Source of the DNA: a virus
Reading direction: 5' to 3' (one strand)
IMG/VR virus record: IMGVR_UViG_3300033183_000299
Span: 1 to 43,507 of that record
DNA length: 43,507 nucleotides
Below, one piece after another: positions 18,749 to 28,458 of the stretch (positions are counted from its first letter, which is position 1; each line of letters opens with the position of its first letter). The position numbers and the translations under genes were made by a program. A model generated the notes under the pieces. The model made no database searches, was not told where the DNA came from, and was given only the letters and a program-made list of their open reading frames with translations.

Positions 18749-19807
18749 TTAAGACGCGAGAATACGCATAAGGTAGTCTTTTGGCGTGCTACCGTCCGAC
18801 AAAGTAGCCGTATGGATACCATGAGCATTGTGTGCAACTTCCTTGCCTTTCGAGATAACTTGGAAGAACAGCATACCGAGTTCCGATGGTAGCGATACAA
18901 AGTATTCTGCTACGTTGGTCAATTCGGTCTTATCGAGTTTACGGTCGAATACCTTTGACTGCTTGAAACGTTCGATCAATGCGTTGTGATCGTTGATTGA
19001 GAAATCTTTGGTAAGTTTGTGCTTGCCATCTAGGATCTCTTCGACAGTCACGATCTTGTTGTAGTTCTTGACGTAGTCAACAAGGGCGACACCAGCCTCG
19101 AAACCAACGAAACCTGTGGTCAAGTGATACAAGATACCGTTGTTAGCGAGAGCCTTGATATCTTGGTCTCCGATAGTCTTGGACAATCGCTCCCATGAGC
19201 GTCTTGATGGGTAAACCTTGTTAGGCTCGTAGTCATCGTTGTGTTCAAGATGGTTGTGATTATCGTTGATAAAGTCCCAAATGACTTGACTGACGTTGCC
19301 ATCTGCCCATGATAACCAATCTTCTACGGTTGGCTTTACATCGAATACGGTGTAACGGTCAAGTTCTGCGGGATCCATTTCTCCGACTTGATACTGGTCT
19401 CCATGATCTCCACCACCGTTTACACAGGCAAAGATTACAGTGTCGGGGTGCAAGGTGTAGCCTGCAATCTTGCGACTATCACACAACTCAAAGATACCTT
19501 GGCGGACTTCCATTGTGGCACGATCGACTTCATCGAGAAACAGGATTACAGGGTTGTTACAGGCATCGTGCAACCATTCGGGAGCAAGCCATTGAGTGAC
19601 GTTGCCTTCGACTTTTGGGAGACCTAGCAAATCGCCTTCGGTCATTTGAGATGCACGACGTTCGACAACAGGGAGACCCATTTGATCGGCAATCTGATAC
19701 ACGATTGTGGATTTACCGATACCGTGACGACCACGAATAAGGATAGGGAATTTTGCTGAAATTACGGATGGAAGAACAGAGTTTAATACTGAATAAGAAA
19801 TAGCCAT
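18749..19807 (-). CDS. MoxR-like AAA+ ATPase
   Basis: Walker A GRHGIGKS, Walker B ILFLDEVDR, MDPAELDR, PSRRSW. Confidence 0.92.
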   Translation of the reverse strand: MAISYSVLNSVLPSVISAKFPILIRGRHGIGKSTIVYQIADQMGLPVVERRASQMTEGDLLGLPKVEGNVTQWLAPEWLHDACNNPVILFLDEVDRATMEVRQGIFELCDSRKIAGYTLHPDTVIFACVNGGGDHGDQYQVGEMDPAELDRYTVFDVKPTVEDWLSWADGNVSQVIWDFINDNHNHLEHNDDYEPNKVYPSRRSWERLSKTIGDQDIKALANNGILYHLTTGFVGFEAGVALVDYVKNYNKIVTVEEILDGKHKLTKDFSINDHNALIERFKQSKVFDRKLDKTELTNVAEYFVSLPSELGMLFFQVISKGKEVAHNAHGIHTATLSDGSTPKDYLMRILAS

Positions 19808-20035
19808 GATAAATATCCTTTGGATAGAGTAATGAAAGTAGACAGGATTGTCTGATGTAATTAGTGTAACAGGTTAGTGAAAGAAAGTCAAGGACAGAAA
19901 TTGTCCGTTTGAGATAGTGTCGGTAGTTACGGTGGATCGTTCATATTGTCTCCTAAATGGTGATTGGTTATCTCGTTGTTGATGTTTATAGTGTAACACC
20001 TTGATGAAAAAAGTCAAGGACAATTTTTGACCGTT

Positions 20036-20206
20036 TCAGTTTTGATAGGCAAATTCACCGTTAATCTCGACATTGTCATAGTCAATAGATACATTCGCTC
20101 CCATCGCTTGGGCACTGTTAGAACAGTATGCGATAAAACCAAAGGTGGTAGCAAGGATTGAGAAAAGCATGATAAAGCCTATGTGTTCATTGATAAAGTG
20201 TTTCAT
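20036..20206 (-). CDS. small membrane protein (56 aa, not in ORF track)
   Basis: MKHFINEHIGFIMLFSILATTFGFIAYC...; own promoter and GGAGA RBS. Confidence 0.6.
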   Translation of the reverse strand: MKHFINEHIGFIMLFSILATTFGFIAYCSNSAQAMGANVSIDYDNVEINGEFAYQN

Positions 20207-20275
20207 GGTGTCTCCAATGAAAGGGTTGTTTTGTTGATGTTATAAGTGTATCATGGTTTGGCTAAAACGTCAAGG

Positions 20276-20485
20276 TCAAAAATTGTCCGTTAAAGGTTTT
20301 GCGTCTAACATTCCACCAATACCGAATGTTTTATCTTCACCTGTGTCCATGTTATGGGCTTTGATCTTCATCGCCTTGTGGATATAGCAATAAAACGTAT
20401 CGGTGATAGCGATATAGGTTTGATAGCCATTGATAGAATGGGGGAATTTGAATAAGTCGCCTTTGGTCATTGTGAGTAAATCCAT
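20276..20485 (-). CDS. SH3/KOW-like miniprotein
   Basis: MTKGDLF; stop lies in the next operator. Confidence 0.65.
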   Translation of the reverse strand: MDLLTMTKGDLFKFPHSINGYQTYIAITDTFYCYIHKAMKIKAHNMDTGEDKTFGIGGMLDAKPLTDNF

Positions 20486-20566
20486 GTTGTCTCCATGTTT
20501 CGTTGTTGATGTTAGTAGTGTATCATGAATTGAATGATTTGTAAAGGTCAAAAAATGTCCGACTTG

Positions 20567-20938
20567 CTACAATCGGTATTTTCTGCGTGTTGTAGTGTGC
20601 TTCTCGGTAAGGTCTCGATACATTGGATGGGCTTGCAAGGTCTCGTCAGTCATCATCAATAATGCTGGATGATCGGCAATCTCGGATACATAGCCACTAA
20701 CACTGTCCCAATCTCTCGAACGGATGCCGAATGATTTACCTGTGGGGATATGAGTTACGCACCATTCGCCACCATATCGGGATCGGTTTCCATCTTGTAT
20801 CTCTTGGTGCTCTCCCAAAGGTCGGTGGATAGCCATCGGGTACTGTACTACCCCTACGATGTTCTCGATAATTGTGATACCATCACGACTTTGCCATGCT
20901 CGCAAGTTGATAGTGTCTTTTCGGGTCGGTTGTTTCAT
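20567..20938 (-). CDS. hypothetical phage protein
   Basis: WCVTHIPTG motif; own promoter. Confidence 0.75.
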   Translation of the reverse strand: MKQPTRKDTINLRAWQSRDGITIIENIVGVVQYPMAIHRPLGEHQEIQDGNRSRYGGEWCVTHIPTGKSFGIRSRDWDSVSGYVSEIADHPALLMMTDETLQAHPMYRDLTEKHTTTRRKYRL

Positions 20939-20983
20939 GTTGTCTCCATGTTTCGTTGTTGATGTTTATAGTGTATCATGTTC

Positions 20984-21313
20984 TTAATCATTTGTCAAGT
21001 CATCAGGCGGACATTTTTTGACCAAATCTTCTATGTCTCCGTTACCAAAGACCAATTCTAAATGCCATCGGTAGGTACAGAGTTCTAGGGTGGTGGGGTC
21101 TAGTACCACCCAATTTTCGGGCTTTGTCTCATGTAAGATATACATCTTGCCTTTGATCCATACCATGTCGCCCACGTTAAACTCGCCTATGTAGGCACGC
21201 ATGGCGTCATGCTCTCGCTCCATTTGCCCACACGACTTGCATTGTTCATACTCGTGATCCCATTGGTGGGCTTTCTCGGTGGCAAAGCCACATTGACATA
21301 TCATACGTTCCAT
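20984..21313 (-). CDS. Zn-ribbon + SH3-like protein
   Basis: CQCG...CKSCG, then FNVGDMVWI. Confidence 0.7.
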   Translation of the reverse strand: MERMICQCGFATEKAHQWDHEYEQCKSCGQMEREHDAMRAYIGEFNVGDMVWIKGKMYILHETKPENWVVLDPTTLELCTYRWHLELVFGNGDIEDLVKKCPPDDLTND

Positions 21314-21365
21314 AGGTGCTCTCGTAAGGGGTTTTCGGTTAGGTGGTAGGGTGGTAGCACCCCAA

Positions 21366-21390
21366 AGCCCCCAAAAGGGCTTGTGGGGCT
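21366..21390 (-). terminator. GC-rich hairpin after the vWA gene
   Basis: AGCCCC-caaaagggcttgt-GGGGCT inverted repeat. Confidence 0.35.
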
Positions 21391-21400
21391 TGTTAGAGCC

Positions 21401-22636
21401 TTACTTGTCCATAATCAGAATACGTTCGTTTGTGGAAAAGTAGGGGTTCTCTGCGTACTGTGGGGTAGTTACCCACATTCGCTGACACTTGGATGGCTTT
21501 GGTTTCGGTGCTTCTAGATCGGTTAGGATCAGATGACCGTCAAATTCACGTTCATTGACCCACTTGGTCGGTGCGTCGAAGTCCGTTCCACCACACGATA
21601 CACGTTCCCACGTTCGTTTCTTGCCCTTTTTCCATACGAATACATTTTCTTCGGATACTTCGGTGTCGAAAGGAACAACAGTAAACTCGGCATACTTGGA
21701 TAGTGCCGACAGTTCGGAGAAGAACAAGGCAAGCATACCATCGTCAACAGACCCCGATTGGTCGATAGAGATCGCAATCTTTGCCGTTCGGGTCACACGT
21801 TTACCACTGTGGATATACGGAAATCGTTTGTTGATACGTCTTGGTGTGCTACGTTTGTTCGCTCGTTGCGATGTTTTGATAAAGTAACGCAAGACTTTTC
21901 GCCAATCAACCTTTGGTTTGATGAAATCTTGGATAGCCTTTCGGGTGTCTGCACCGATAGTACCCCAACCACGACCAGTTGAGTTGATCTCGTCAACAGC
22001 GTCTTTGACTGCCTGTTTGAGTCGCTCGGTAGCCACGTCTTTGAGAGCCTGTCGTTGTTCTTCTGAAAGGTGATCGCCACCCCAACCACTGTGATCGTCA
22101 AGTGAGTCGGGCAATCCGTTGCCTTGACTACCTTGCCCATCGCCTTGCTGACCGTCACCACCTTGTCCATCGCCATCTTGGGGCTGATTGAATTGTTCAT
22201 CTTCTTTGAGCATTTTGAAGTAGTATTCTGCGGATTGACCGACAGGATAGTCTTGGAAAGGCTCTCGGCTAGGAAAGCAACCTTGTTCGGGCAACTCGTC
22301 CATAAGGTGGGAATTGATCGCAAGATCGGTGGCGATGTTCCACATCTTGGTCATACCACTCGGTGGTAAGCGACCTGTAACATGCTCAAAGATGATGTGG
22401 TAAAACTCGTGTTTTAGGACACCACTGCGTTCTCGTTGAGTAAGTTTCTCGAAGAATTCGGGGTTGTAAACCATCTCGAATTGACCCTGCTCGGTGATAC
22501 GGACACCTGCTGTTGGGACTGACTTGTTGATTGTCTTGTTGATGCGCCTTGAAAGGCTTGCAAAGAAAGGCTCGCTCTCCAACAACCGATAGGTATGGGC
22601 ATTGAGATCGAAAGGGGTTGTTTTATCGTTTGACAT
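21401..22636 (-). CDS. DUF2201-type metallopeptidase + vWA domain protein (MoxR partner)
   Basis: VLKHEFYH, WNIATDLAIN, Q/G linker, IDQSGS MIDAS motif, GGTDF, ILTD. Confidence 0.9.
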   Translation of the reverse strand: MSNDKTTPFDLNAHTYRLLESEPFFASLSRRINKTINKSVPTAGVRITEQGQFEMVYNPEFFEKLTQRERSGVLKHEFYHIIFEHVTGRLPPSGMTKMWNIATDLAINSHLMDELPEQGCFPSREPFQDYPVGQSAEYYFKMLKEDEQFNQPQDGDGQGGDGQQGDGQGSQGNGLPDSLDDHSGWGGDHLSEEQRQALKDVATERLKQAVKDAVDEINSTGRGWGTIGADTRKAIQDFIKPKVDWRKVLRYFIKTSQRANKRSTPRRINKRFPYIHSGKRVTRTAKIAISIDQSGSVDDGMLALFFSELSALSKYAEFTVVPFDTEVSEENVFVWKKGKKRTWERVSCGGTDFDAPTKWVNEREFDGHLILTDLEAPKPKPSKCQRMWVTTPQYAENPYFSTNERILIMDK

Positions 22637-22742
22637 AATGTCTCCGTTGTTGTGGGGTTTCGTTGTTGATGTTTATAGTGTATCATGTTCTCAAAGGTTT
22701 GTCAAGTAAAATCTGTTACTTAAACGGACAGTTTTTGACCGA

Positions 22743-22907
22743 TCATGCTATCTTCTCGAAACTACCGTATGAATACTTGGGGAATGTCTGAACATCACCG
22801 TTATTCCAACGTATGGTCATGTGGTAGTTCTTCGCTCGGATCACAATTCCAACCAATGTAGTGTCCACTTTGTGTCGTACAAGGTCGCCATTTTGGGGGT
22901 TCTTCAT
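22743..22907 (-). CDS. SH3/KOW-like miniprotein (54 aa, not in ORF track)
   Basis: MKNPQNGDLVRHKVDTTLVGIVI...IRWNNG; AGGAGA RBS. Confidence 0.65.
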   Translation of the reverse strand: MKNPQNGDLVRHKVDTTLVGIVIRAKNYHMTIRWNNGDVQTFPKYSYGSFEKIA

Positions 22908-22915
22908 GCTGTCTC

Positions 22916-23257
22916 CTAGTTAAACTCGATTGATCGGTTGATATATAAACCTTCTAGGCATCCCAATTCTTCGTCATCGCCCAATTCTTCTCCTAGACGA
23001 ACAAAGGCAAATTCTTCCCACCGTTCCAACTCTTGAAAGAAAGACAAGGCTTCTTCAATCGCTTTTACTTCGGGGTAATTGGGATACCACTTCACCCAAT
23101 TAAAGTGTATTCTCGCTATGTCTCCGTCTTTTTCGGGCAATTCCCATATTTTAGCCCATTCCGACAGGCTTTCTCGGTGCTTTGCCGATACTTTCATCAT
23201 AAAGTAAGGTAAAAGGTCGTGTGTAAAGATTATGCCGACTTGTGATCTATATCCCAT
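22916..23257 (-). CDS. hypothetical phage protein
   Basis: MGYRSQV...VKWY...FVRLGEE. Confidence 0.8.
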   Translation of the reverse strand: MGYRSQVGIIFTHDLLPYFMMKVSAKHRESLSEWAKIWELPEKDGDIARIHFNWVKWYPNYPEVKAIEEALSFFQELERWEEFAFVRLGEELGDDEELGCLEGLYINRSIEFN

Positions 23258-23336
23258 TGGTGTCTCCGTTGTTGTTTTGTTGATGGTAGTAGTGTATCAT
23301 GGTAGTAGGGATTTGTAAAGGACAAAAAATGTCCGT

Positions 23337-23543
23337 TTAAGAAAGTTTTTCAAAGTGCCATGTGAACATGCCGATAGGTTCGGACATTTTGTATTGGTCT
23401 TTGGTTCTGATGATATCAACCAACCGTATAGGCTCGGTTGGTCGTGTGTATCCATACCCCTTAATCTCGGACACCCCCAGTACCACACAGGTGTACCCAT
23501 GCTGTTTGTGTATCCATAACTCGCCTATCTTCGGTTCTATCAT
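23337..23543 (-). CDS. SH3/KOW-like miniprotein
   Basis: MIEPKIGELWIHK. Confidence 0.65.
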   Translation of the reverse strand: MIEPKIGELWIHKQHGYTCVVLGVSEIKGYGYTRPTEPIRLVDIIRTKDQYKMSEPIGMFTWHFEKLS

Positions 23544-23881
23544 ACTTGCTCCATGAGCCAATCAAGAAATTGTCGGCAATCTTCGGGGGTCACAAAGCCA
23601 GAGTTACCACGCAAACGTGCCATACCAAAGCGAAAGCCGATGCCGATGGTTTTACCGTTGGGGGTGGTGTAGTACCACTCGTTACCATATCCCTTGTAAC
23701 TCTCGTCACCCCAATCGCTCGGCTCTCCCAAAGCAAGCACAAGATCGTCTTGGCAAATGTAAGCCATAAACTCTCTGTAAGGCTCGGTGGTTTCGGGTAG
23801 TAGTTGTTGCTCGTACCATTCATTAAGTAGGTGGTCGATGTTGTGTGTGCCTATTGAGTCGTTGTGTTGTGTGTAATCCAT
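23540..23881 (-). CDS. hypothetical protein
   Basis: Start MDYTQ behind GGAGA. Confidence 0.7.
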   Translation of the reverse strand: MDYTQHNDSIGTHNIDHLLNEWYEQQLLPETTEPYREFMAYICQDDLVLALGEPSDWGDESYKGYGNEWYYTTPNGKTIGIGFRFGMARLRGNSGFVTPEDCRQFLDWLMEQV

Positions 23882-23892
23882 GATTGTCTCCG

Positions 23893-24039
23893 TTATAGGT
23901 GGAATAGGTTGTGTCCCCACTGCCCTGTTATTTCGCCACTGTCGATCCATTTAACAAGCCAACGGTCAATAACCCCGACTTGTCTAACGACAATGCCGAT
24001 CGTTCCATATTTGTCTTTTACAAGGTCTCCGATGTTCAT
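23893..24039 (-). CDS. SH3/KOW-like miniprotein
   Basis: MNIGDLVKDKYGTIGIVV...LVKW. Confidence 0.7.
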   Translation of the reverse strand: MNIGDLVKDKYGTIGIVVRQVGVIDRWLVKWIDSGEITGQWGHNLFHL

Positions 24040-24115
24040 GTTGTCTCCATGTTTCGTTGTTGATGTTATAAGTGTATCATGGCTTGGTTGATTTGTAAAG
24101 GACAAAAACTGTCCG

Positions 24116-24268
24116 TTATGCTATCACCTCGAAAGTTTCAGCCCAATGCCACTTCTCTAAACCGTCTGCCCACCGTATTCTGTACAGATTGTGTAGGTTG
24201 GACTTTTCAAGCACGACACCCACACAGCCATCGAAGGGGGATTGGACTAATGATCCGATCTGTATCAT
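24116..24268 (-). CDS. SH3/KOW-like miniprotein (50 aa, not in ORF track)
   Basis: MIQIGSLVQSPFDGCVGVVL...YRIRWADG; ATGA overlap with the upstream gene. Confidence 0.65.
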   Translation of the reverse strand: MIQIGSLVQSPFDGCVGVVLEKSNLHNLYRIRWADGLEKWHWAETFEVIA

Positions 24269-24597
24269 AACTTACCCTTTGAATTTCCGTTACCACTGTT
24301 CTCTCCAATCTTTGTGAAAGCAACATCATGGACAGACCCACTGCGTTGGTTATTCCAACCTGACCATTGATCCCATCCTTTGCGATAAAGGTCAGCGTCA
24401 TCTTCGTTCTGAAACTTTAAGATTTGGATACAAGCCATCTTACCATCGCCACTAGAAACGGCTCGAACGGTCTCTTTGATCTCGGTGCCCAATTCAAGAA
24501 CACAGTCGGGGCACTCGTTAATCTTACCACCAACACGTCTTTTGATTTGTGAGTTTAGATCGAATGTGTCGTCACAGTGAATACATATCTTGTTCAT
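24265..24597 (-). CDS. Zn-ribbon protein
   Basis: CIHC...ECPDC. Confidence 0.75.
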   Translation of the reverse strand: MNKICIHCDDTFDLNSQIKRRVGGKINECPDCVLELGTEIKETVRAVSSGDGKMACIQILKFQNEDDADLYRKGWDQWSGWNNQRSGSVHDVAFTKIGENSGNGNSKGKL

Positions 24598-24661
24598 GGT
24601 CTCTCCATGTTTGGGGGTTTTCGTTGTTGATGTTAGTAATGTATCCGATTGAGAGAAAAAG

Positions 24662-24919
24662 TCAAGGACAATTTTTGACCGTTATGATCTTGTCTCGACC
24701 CTGTCGGGTAAATGTAAAGGTCATGTCGTTACAGTGTAGGTCTCCACCCTTAAACTCATCCCATAGGCTCTCCACGTCTGTGTTCGTGAGTGCCTGTGAT
24801 ACGGATGAACTCGCTTGCGTAAAGTCATTACAGTCCCCTACCCACCCTTGTTCTCCGTAGTCGTCAGCCAATTCTTTCGCTGTTTTGAGAATGATCTCAA
24901 ACTTTTGTTGTGTATTCAT
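24662..24919 (-). CDS. hypothetical protein
   Basis: Start MNTQQ behind GGAGA; ends VKNCP* in the operator/-35. Confidence 0.7.
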   Translation of the reverse strand: MNTQQKFEIILKTAKELADDYGEQGWVGDCNDFTQASSSVSQALTNTDVESLWDEFKGGDLHCNDMTFTFTRQGRDKIITVKNCP

Positions 24920-25094
24920 GTTTGTCTCCGATGTTGACGATGCCACAGTCTTTTAGGTATCCCTTTTCAAAGGCATCGTGGTTAAAAATATGGTGTCTTG
25001 CGTAGTTGTGGAAGAAACGGACAACCCACTTGCCATCCGTTTCCTGTAAGGCATAACCAGCCCCCACTTTATCGTGAGTTACTAGGTGTATCAT
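24897..25094 (-). CDS. hypothetical miniprotein
   Basis: Start MIHLV behind GGAGAG. Confidence 0.6.
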   Translation of the reverse strand: MIHLVTHDKVGAGYALQETDGKWVVRFFHNYARHHIFNHDAFEKGYLKDCGIVNIGDKHEYTTKV

Positions 25095-25404
25095 TTTTGC
25101 TCTCCACCAAAGGACAAAGTCCATGACGTTGGGCTTCATCAACATTCATCCAGTTAGGTCTAGGGACTTTCTTTTTCGTCAGACGTACATGGTTGCTCGT
25201 TGTTTGCGAGATATAGTGCCCACCACCGTAGGTGTAGTCGTAGACTAGGGTAGCACCTTGTCCGTACCCATCGGGGATATGTTCGGCAATTCGAGTATCG
25301 AATGACCATAGGCTTTGCCCATCGGTTCGCAAAGTTTTTGATTTACATGGTTTCATTTCCATGAAGTTTTGGATGACTGTTTCATCAGTTGTAAAATAAG
25401 ACAT
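25069..25404 (-). CDS. hypothetical phage protein
   Basis: LRTDGQSLWSFDTRIA...SQTTSNHV. Confidence 0.75.
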   Translation of the reverse strand: MSYFTTDETVIQNFMEMKPCKSKTLRTDGQSLWSFDTRIAEHIPDGYGQGATLVYDYTYGGGHYISQTTSNHVRLTKKKVPRPNWMNVDEAQRHGLCPLVESKNDTPSNSR

Positions 25405-25489
25405 ATAATCTCCGTTGTTAGTCTAGTTTGTGTATAGTATTATAACATGTTCTAAAAGGTTTGTCAAGTAATTTCTTTACCTTTGTCGG

Positions 25490-26461
25490 TCATTTTTTGA
25501 CCGACTTGGCATACCACTTGTCTACAAGTCCGACAAAACCTTTGGCTTTTAGTTGTTCATGAGATCGTTTCTTACACACAAACTGCATAGCCTTTGCGTG
25601 GGCTTGGTCGATCCATTCGCTAGCCATAGGCTTTTCGCTAGGCGAGATTACACTGATACTCTGATAGTCAGACCATCCACCCTTTTGCGAAATAAGACCG
25701 TTAATGCCGATTGATTTGATCAAGTCATTATTCAGTGTGATTGTCTGTTGACGACCATCTACGATACATTCGATAACCACGTTCTGTTGTAGTGTGTGAT
25801 CAAGTGTTGATCGCCAACGACTTTGCATTGGCTTGTAGTCAGTGTCGGCACACATGGACAGTTGATCCCAATTGATCTTTGTAACAATACCAGTCTTTTT
25901 GACGATTGTAGCATTTTGACCCCATCCTTGTCTCTCGGTCAAGGACAGCAAAGCACCCTCGCTAATGCCGAGTTCACCGACAAACTTATCGTAAAACTGT
26001 TGTCGCCACTCTCGGTTGGCTTGGATCGCTTTGGCTACAAAGGTTTCCATTGGCGAACAATTTCTACGGTTGTGATCATGAGACCCACAGAAGCCACACT
26101 TGGCTTTGGCTTTGTTCTTACCTTTGGCTTTGGCTAGTGCCTTTCCTTTGGCTACGACTTGCTTGTTGTGGGCTTTCTCGCACTCGGCATACCACTTGCC
26201 CCATTGAGATGGGTGCTTGAACCATTGAGCAGTGCTTGCTTGTGATTTCCAATTATTTTGCCCTTGTGCTTTGGGCTTTGGGCTGTTTGTCCAGTTGTTC
26301 GGATCGGAACAAGGAATGTTAAACTTTTGGAACATAGCCCAGTCGGTGGCGACATGGGGACAGTCGGTAGCACGATGTTCTACATCACCACAATAAGAGC
26401 ATGATGGTTTTGAGTTTCCACTGGAAGTGCCGTTGTCTTGTTGATTGTTGAATATTTGCAT
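25490..26461 (-). CDS. double CCHC zinc-knuckle protein (paralog A)
   Basis: CSYCGDVEHRATDC and CGFCGSHDHNRRNC. Confidence 0.8.
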   Translation of the reverse strand: MQIFNNQQDNGTSSGNSKPSCSYCGDVEHRATDCPHVATDWAMFQKFNIPCSDPNNWTNSPKPKAQGQNNWKSQASTAQWFKHPSQWGKWYAECEKAHNKQVVAKGKALAKAKGKNKAKAKCGFCGSHDHNRRNCSPMETFVAKAIQANREWRQQFYDKFVGELGISEGALLSLTERQGWGQNATIVKKTGIVTKINWDQLSMCADTDYKPMQSRWRSTLDHTLQQNVVIECIVDGRQQTITLNNDLIKSIGINGLISQKGGWSDYQSISVISPSEKPMASEWIDQAHAKAMQFVCKKRSHEQLKAKGFVGLVDKWYAKSVKK

Positions 26462-26554
26462 GGGTTCTCCGTTGCAAAGGGTTGTTGTTTTGTTGATGTT
26501 AGTAGTGTATCATGGTTTGGATAGTTTGTCAAGTAATTTCTTTACCTTTGACGG

Positions 26555-26767
26555 TCAGTTTTTGTCCGTTTCGTCATCAGTACCGATTGGCTCGATGTGT
26601 TTTGTAAGGTGGATTTCTTTCTCGCAAGATACAAAGCCTGTGCGATAGCCTGTAAGCCACAGGATCATCCATGCTTTGTAGCCTGTATGGTTTGGGTGTT
26701 CCACCTTGACGATCCCGATCATGTCGGGATCAATCGTGGATTGTACAAGGTCGCCAACCGTTAGCAT
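26555..26767 (-). CDS. SH3/KOW-like miniprotein
   Basis: MLTVGDLVQS...IGIV...ILWLTG. Confidence 0.7.
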   Translation of the reverse strand: MLTVGDLVQSTIDPDMIGIVKVEHPNHTGYKAWMILWLTGYRTGFVSCEKEIHLTKHIEPIGTDDETDKN

Positions 26768-27690
26768 GGGAGACCTACCGATTTCTTAAACGCATTGATC
26801 TTCTTGTCTTTGTCGGCATGTGGGTAAAAGTCTCTAATGTAAGCACCCAAATACGACCATAAGTCTTGACCCTTGCGTTTCTTCATGACCCAGTCAATCG
26901 GCTCAAACTCGCCATCAAACCACTCTTGGCTCATGATGTTCGGAGCAGGACTGATGATCTCGGTGATTAGCCCATTATCCCAATAGCCATGTGGTTCTTG
27001 GACACCATGTTCTTTGCCGAGATAGTCTCGCTCGTTTCGGCTAACGTCAAAGTGAAACAGTTTTGGACTACCATTTGATTTACCCACAACGACCTTTTGA
27101 CCATCCAATAGAAAGCCCATTCGTAGGTTGGTGCGATAGTCGCTCCATGTGCTTTGTAGGTTCGTTAGAGAGATGGACTTGGGGTCTAACTCGGTCATTA
27201 GAGAAACCTTTGGAACATAGTCGCCTTGCTCTCGGTCATACTGTCGTAGGGATACCAGTGCCCCAGCACCCAACCCCATGCCTTTGATGAAACGGTCGTA
27301 AAAGTCTTGGCGATAAGCCTTGTTGGCTTGCTCGTAAAGGTGCTTAAACTTGGTCATAGACTTACAATTTCTACGGTTGTGGGTTGTCTTACCACAGAAG
27401 CCACACTTTGGTTTCTTGCGTGGTTTTTTAGCCTTTGTCTTTTCGGTTTCACCATAGTATTTCTCGGCTTTGGCTTGACCATATCGGACATACCACTGTT
27501 CTAGGTGGGTGCTACCAGTACCATACCACTGTGTAACTCTCGTCAATAGCGATGTGTCGATCTTGTCGCCACGTTGATCTTGCTCGTAGTGGGCTTTAAG
27601 GGTGGGGCAACGGTTGATACGGTGTCCGTTTTCGTAGCAATAGCCACAGGCAAAGTGAGATTTTTGATTGCGATTTTCATATAGTTTCAT
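26761..27690 (-). CDS. double CCHC zinc-knuckle protein (paralog B)
   Basis: CGYCYENGHRINRC and CGFCGKTTHNRRNC. Confidence 0.8.
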   Translation of the reverse strand: MKLYENRNQKSHFACGYCYENGHRINRCPTLKAHYEQDQRGDKIDTSLLTRVTQWYGTGSTHLEQWYVRYGQAKAEKYYGETEKTKAKKPRKKPKCGFCGKTTHNRRNCKSMTKFKHLYEQANKAYRQDFYDRFIKGMGLGAGALVSLRQYDREQGDYVPKVSLMTELDPKSISLTNLQSTWSDYRTNLRMGFLLDGQKVVVGKSNGSPKLFHFDVSRNERDYLGKEHGVQEPHGYWDNGLITEIISPAPNIMSQEWFDGEFEPIDWVMKKRKGQDLWSYLGAYIRDFYPHADKDKKINAFKKSVGLPC

Positions 27691-27754
27691 GGGTTCTCCA
27701 TTGAGTGGGGTTGTTTTGTTGATGTTAGTAGTGTATCATGGTAGGGGTAGTTTG

Positions 27755-27898
27755 TCAAGTATTGGAACGGTCAGTTTTTGTCCGTTTGTCGTATTTCTCA
27801 TAGATTTCGTTCATCTTCTTTCGGTGGTCTCGGACAATCAGCCAAAGAGCAAGTGCGAAACACACGTCAGATGCGAGTAGTAAGAGTATTGTAGTCAT
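27755..27898 (-). CDS. small membrane protein
   Basis: MTTILLLLASDVCFALALWLIV; start moved. Confidence 0.5.
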   Translation of the reverse strand: MTTILLLLASDVCFALALWLIVRDHRKKMNEIYEKYDKRTKTDRSNT

Positions 27899-27912
27899 TT
27901 GGTCTCCGATGT

Positions 27913-28164
27913 TCATTGTTCTTCTCCGTTGTCTTGGGGGGTATCGGTAGATGGGGCAGGTCGTAGTGTACCGTCTGATAGCATGCGAGTGACGGCTCTT
28001 TGAAACCAACCTTGTAATTTCCACACTTCTCCCGAGTCAACAAGGTGTTGCCATGCTTGAATGTAGGACATGTCGGGGGTTTCATCCATAGCACCCTCGG
28101 CTATCATGGTTGCGTTGTAGAGCATTTCGGCTTTTTGCTTTTTAGTTAGTTTCTTTTTAGTCAT
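27913..28164 (-). CDS. hypothetical phage protein
   Basis: AWQHLVDSGEVWKLQGWFQR. Confidence 0.75.
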   Translation of the reverse strand: MTKKKLTKKQKAEMLYNATMIAEGAMDETPDMSYIQAWQHLVDSGEVWKLQGWFQRAVTRMLSDGTLRPAPSTDTPQDNGEEQ

Positions 28165-28251
28165 TGTTGTCTCCGAGTTTTGTTGTTGATGTTTGTATTG
28201 TATCATGGTAGTAGGGGTTTGACAAGTCAGTATTCGGACAGTTTTTGTCCG

Positions 28252-28458
28252 TTAGTCTATAACCTCGAACCGTTCGGCTACACCATCTTTTGAGATTGTG
28301 AACCGTTGATTTATTCTGTCGGTGCGAGCGAGCCTGTAACCATCTACGATCCGAACACTTTGACCATATTGTCTCCGTATCTTGATGTGTTCCATGACCA
28401 TGAAAGGTACATTGGTTGGGGAACAAATGCCTTTTAGTAGTGTGCCGATGGGTATCAT
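28252..28458 (-). CDS. SH3/KOW-like miniprotein
   Basis: MIPIGTLL; AAGGAG RBS. Confidence 0.65.
   Translation of the reverse strand: MIPIGTLLKGICSPTNVPFMVMEHIKIRRQYGQSVRIVDGYRLARTDRINQRFTISKDGVAERFEVID

Noticed and set aside
15476-24105. N-terminal 'HDTLITSTTKHGDN' extensions on several ORFs
   Set aside because: These are translations of the shared promoter/leader DNA; true starts follow the GGAGA RBS
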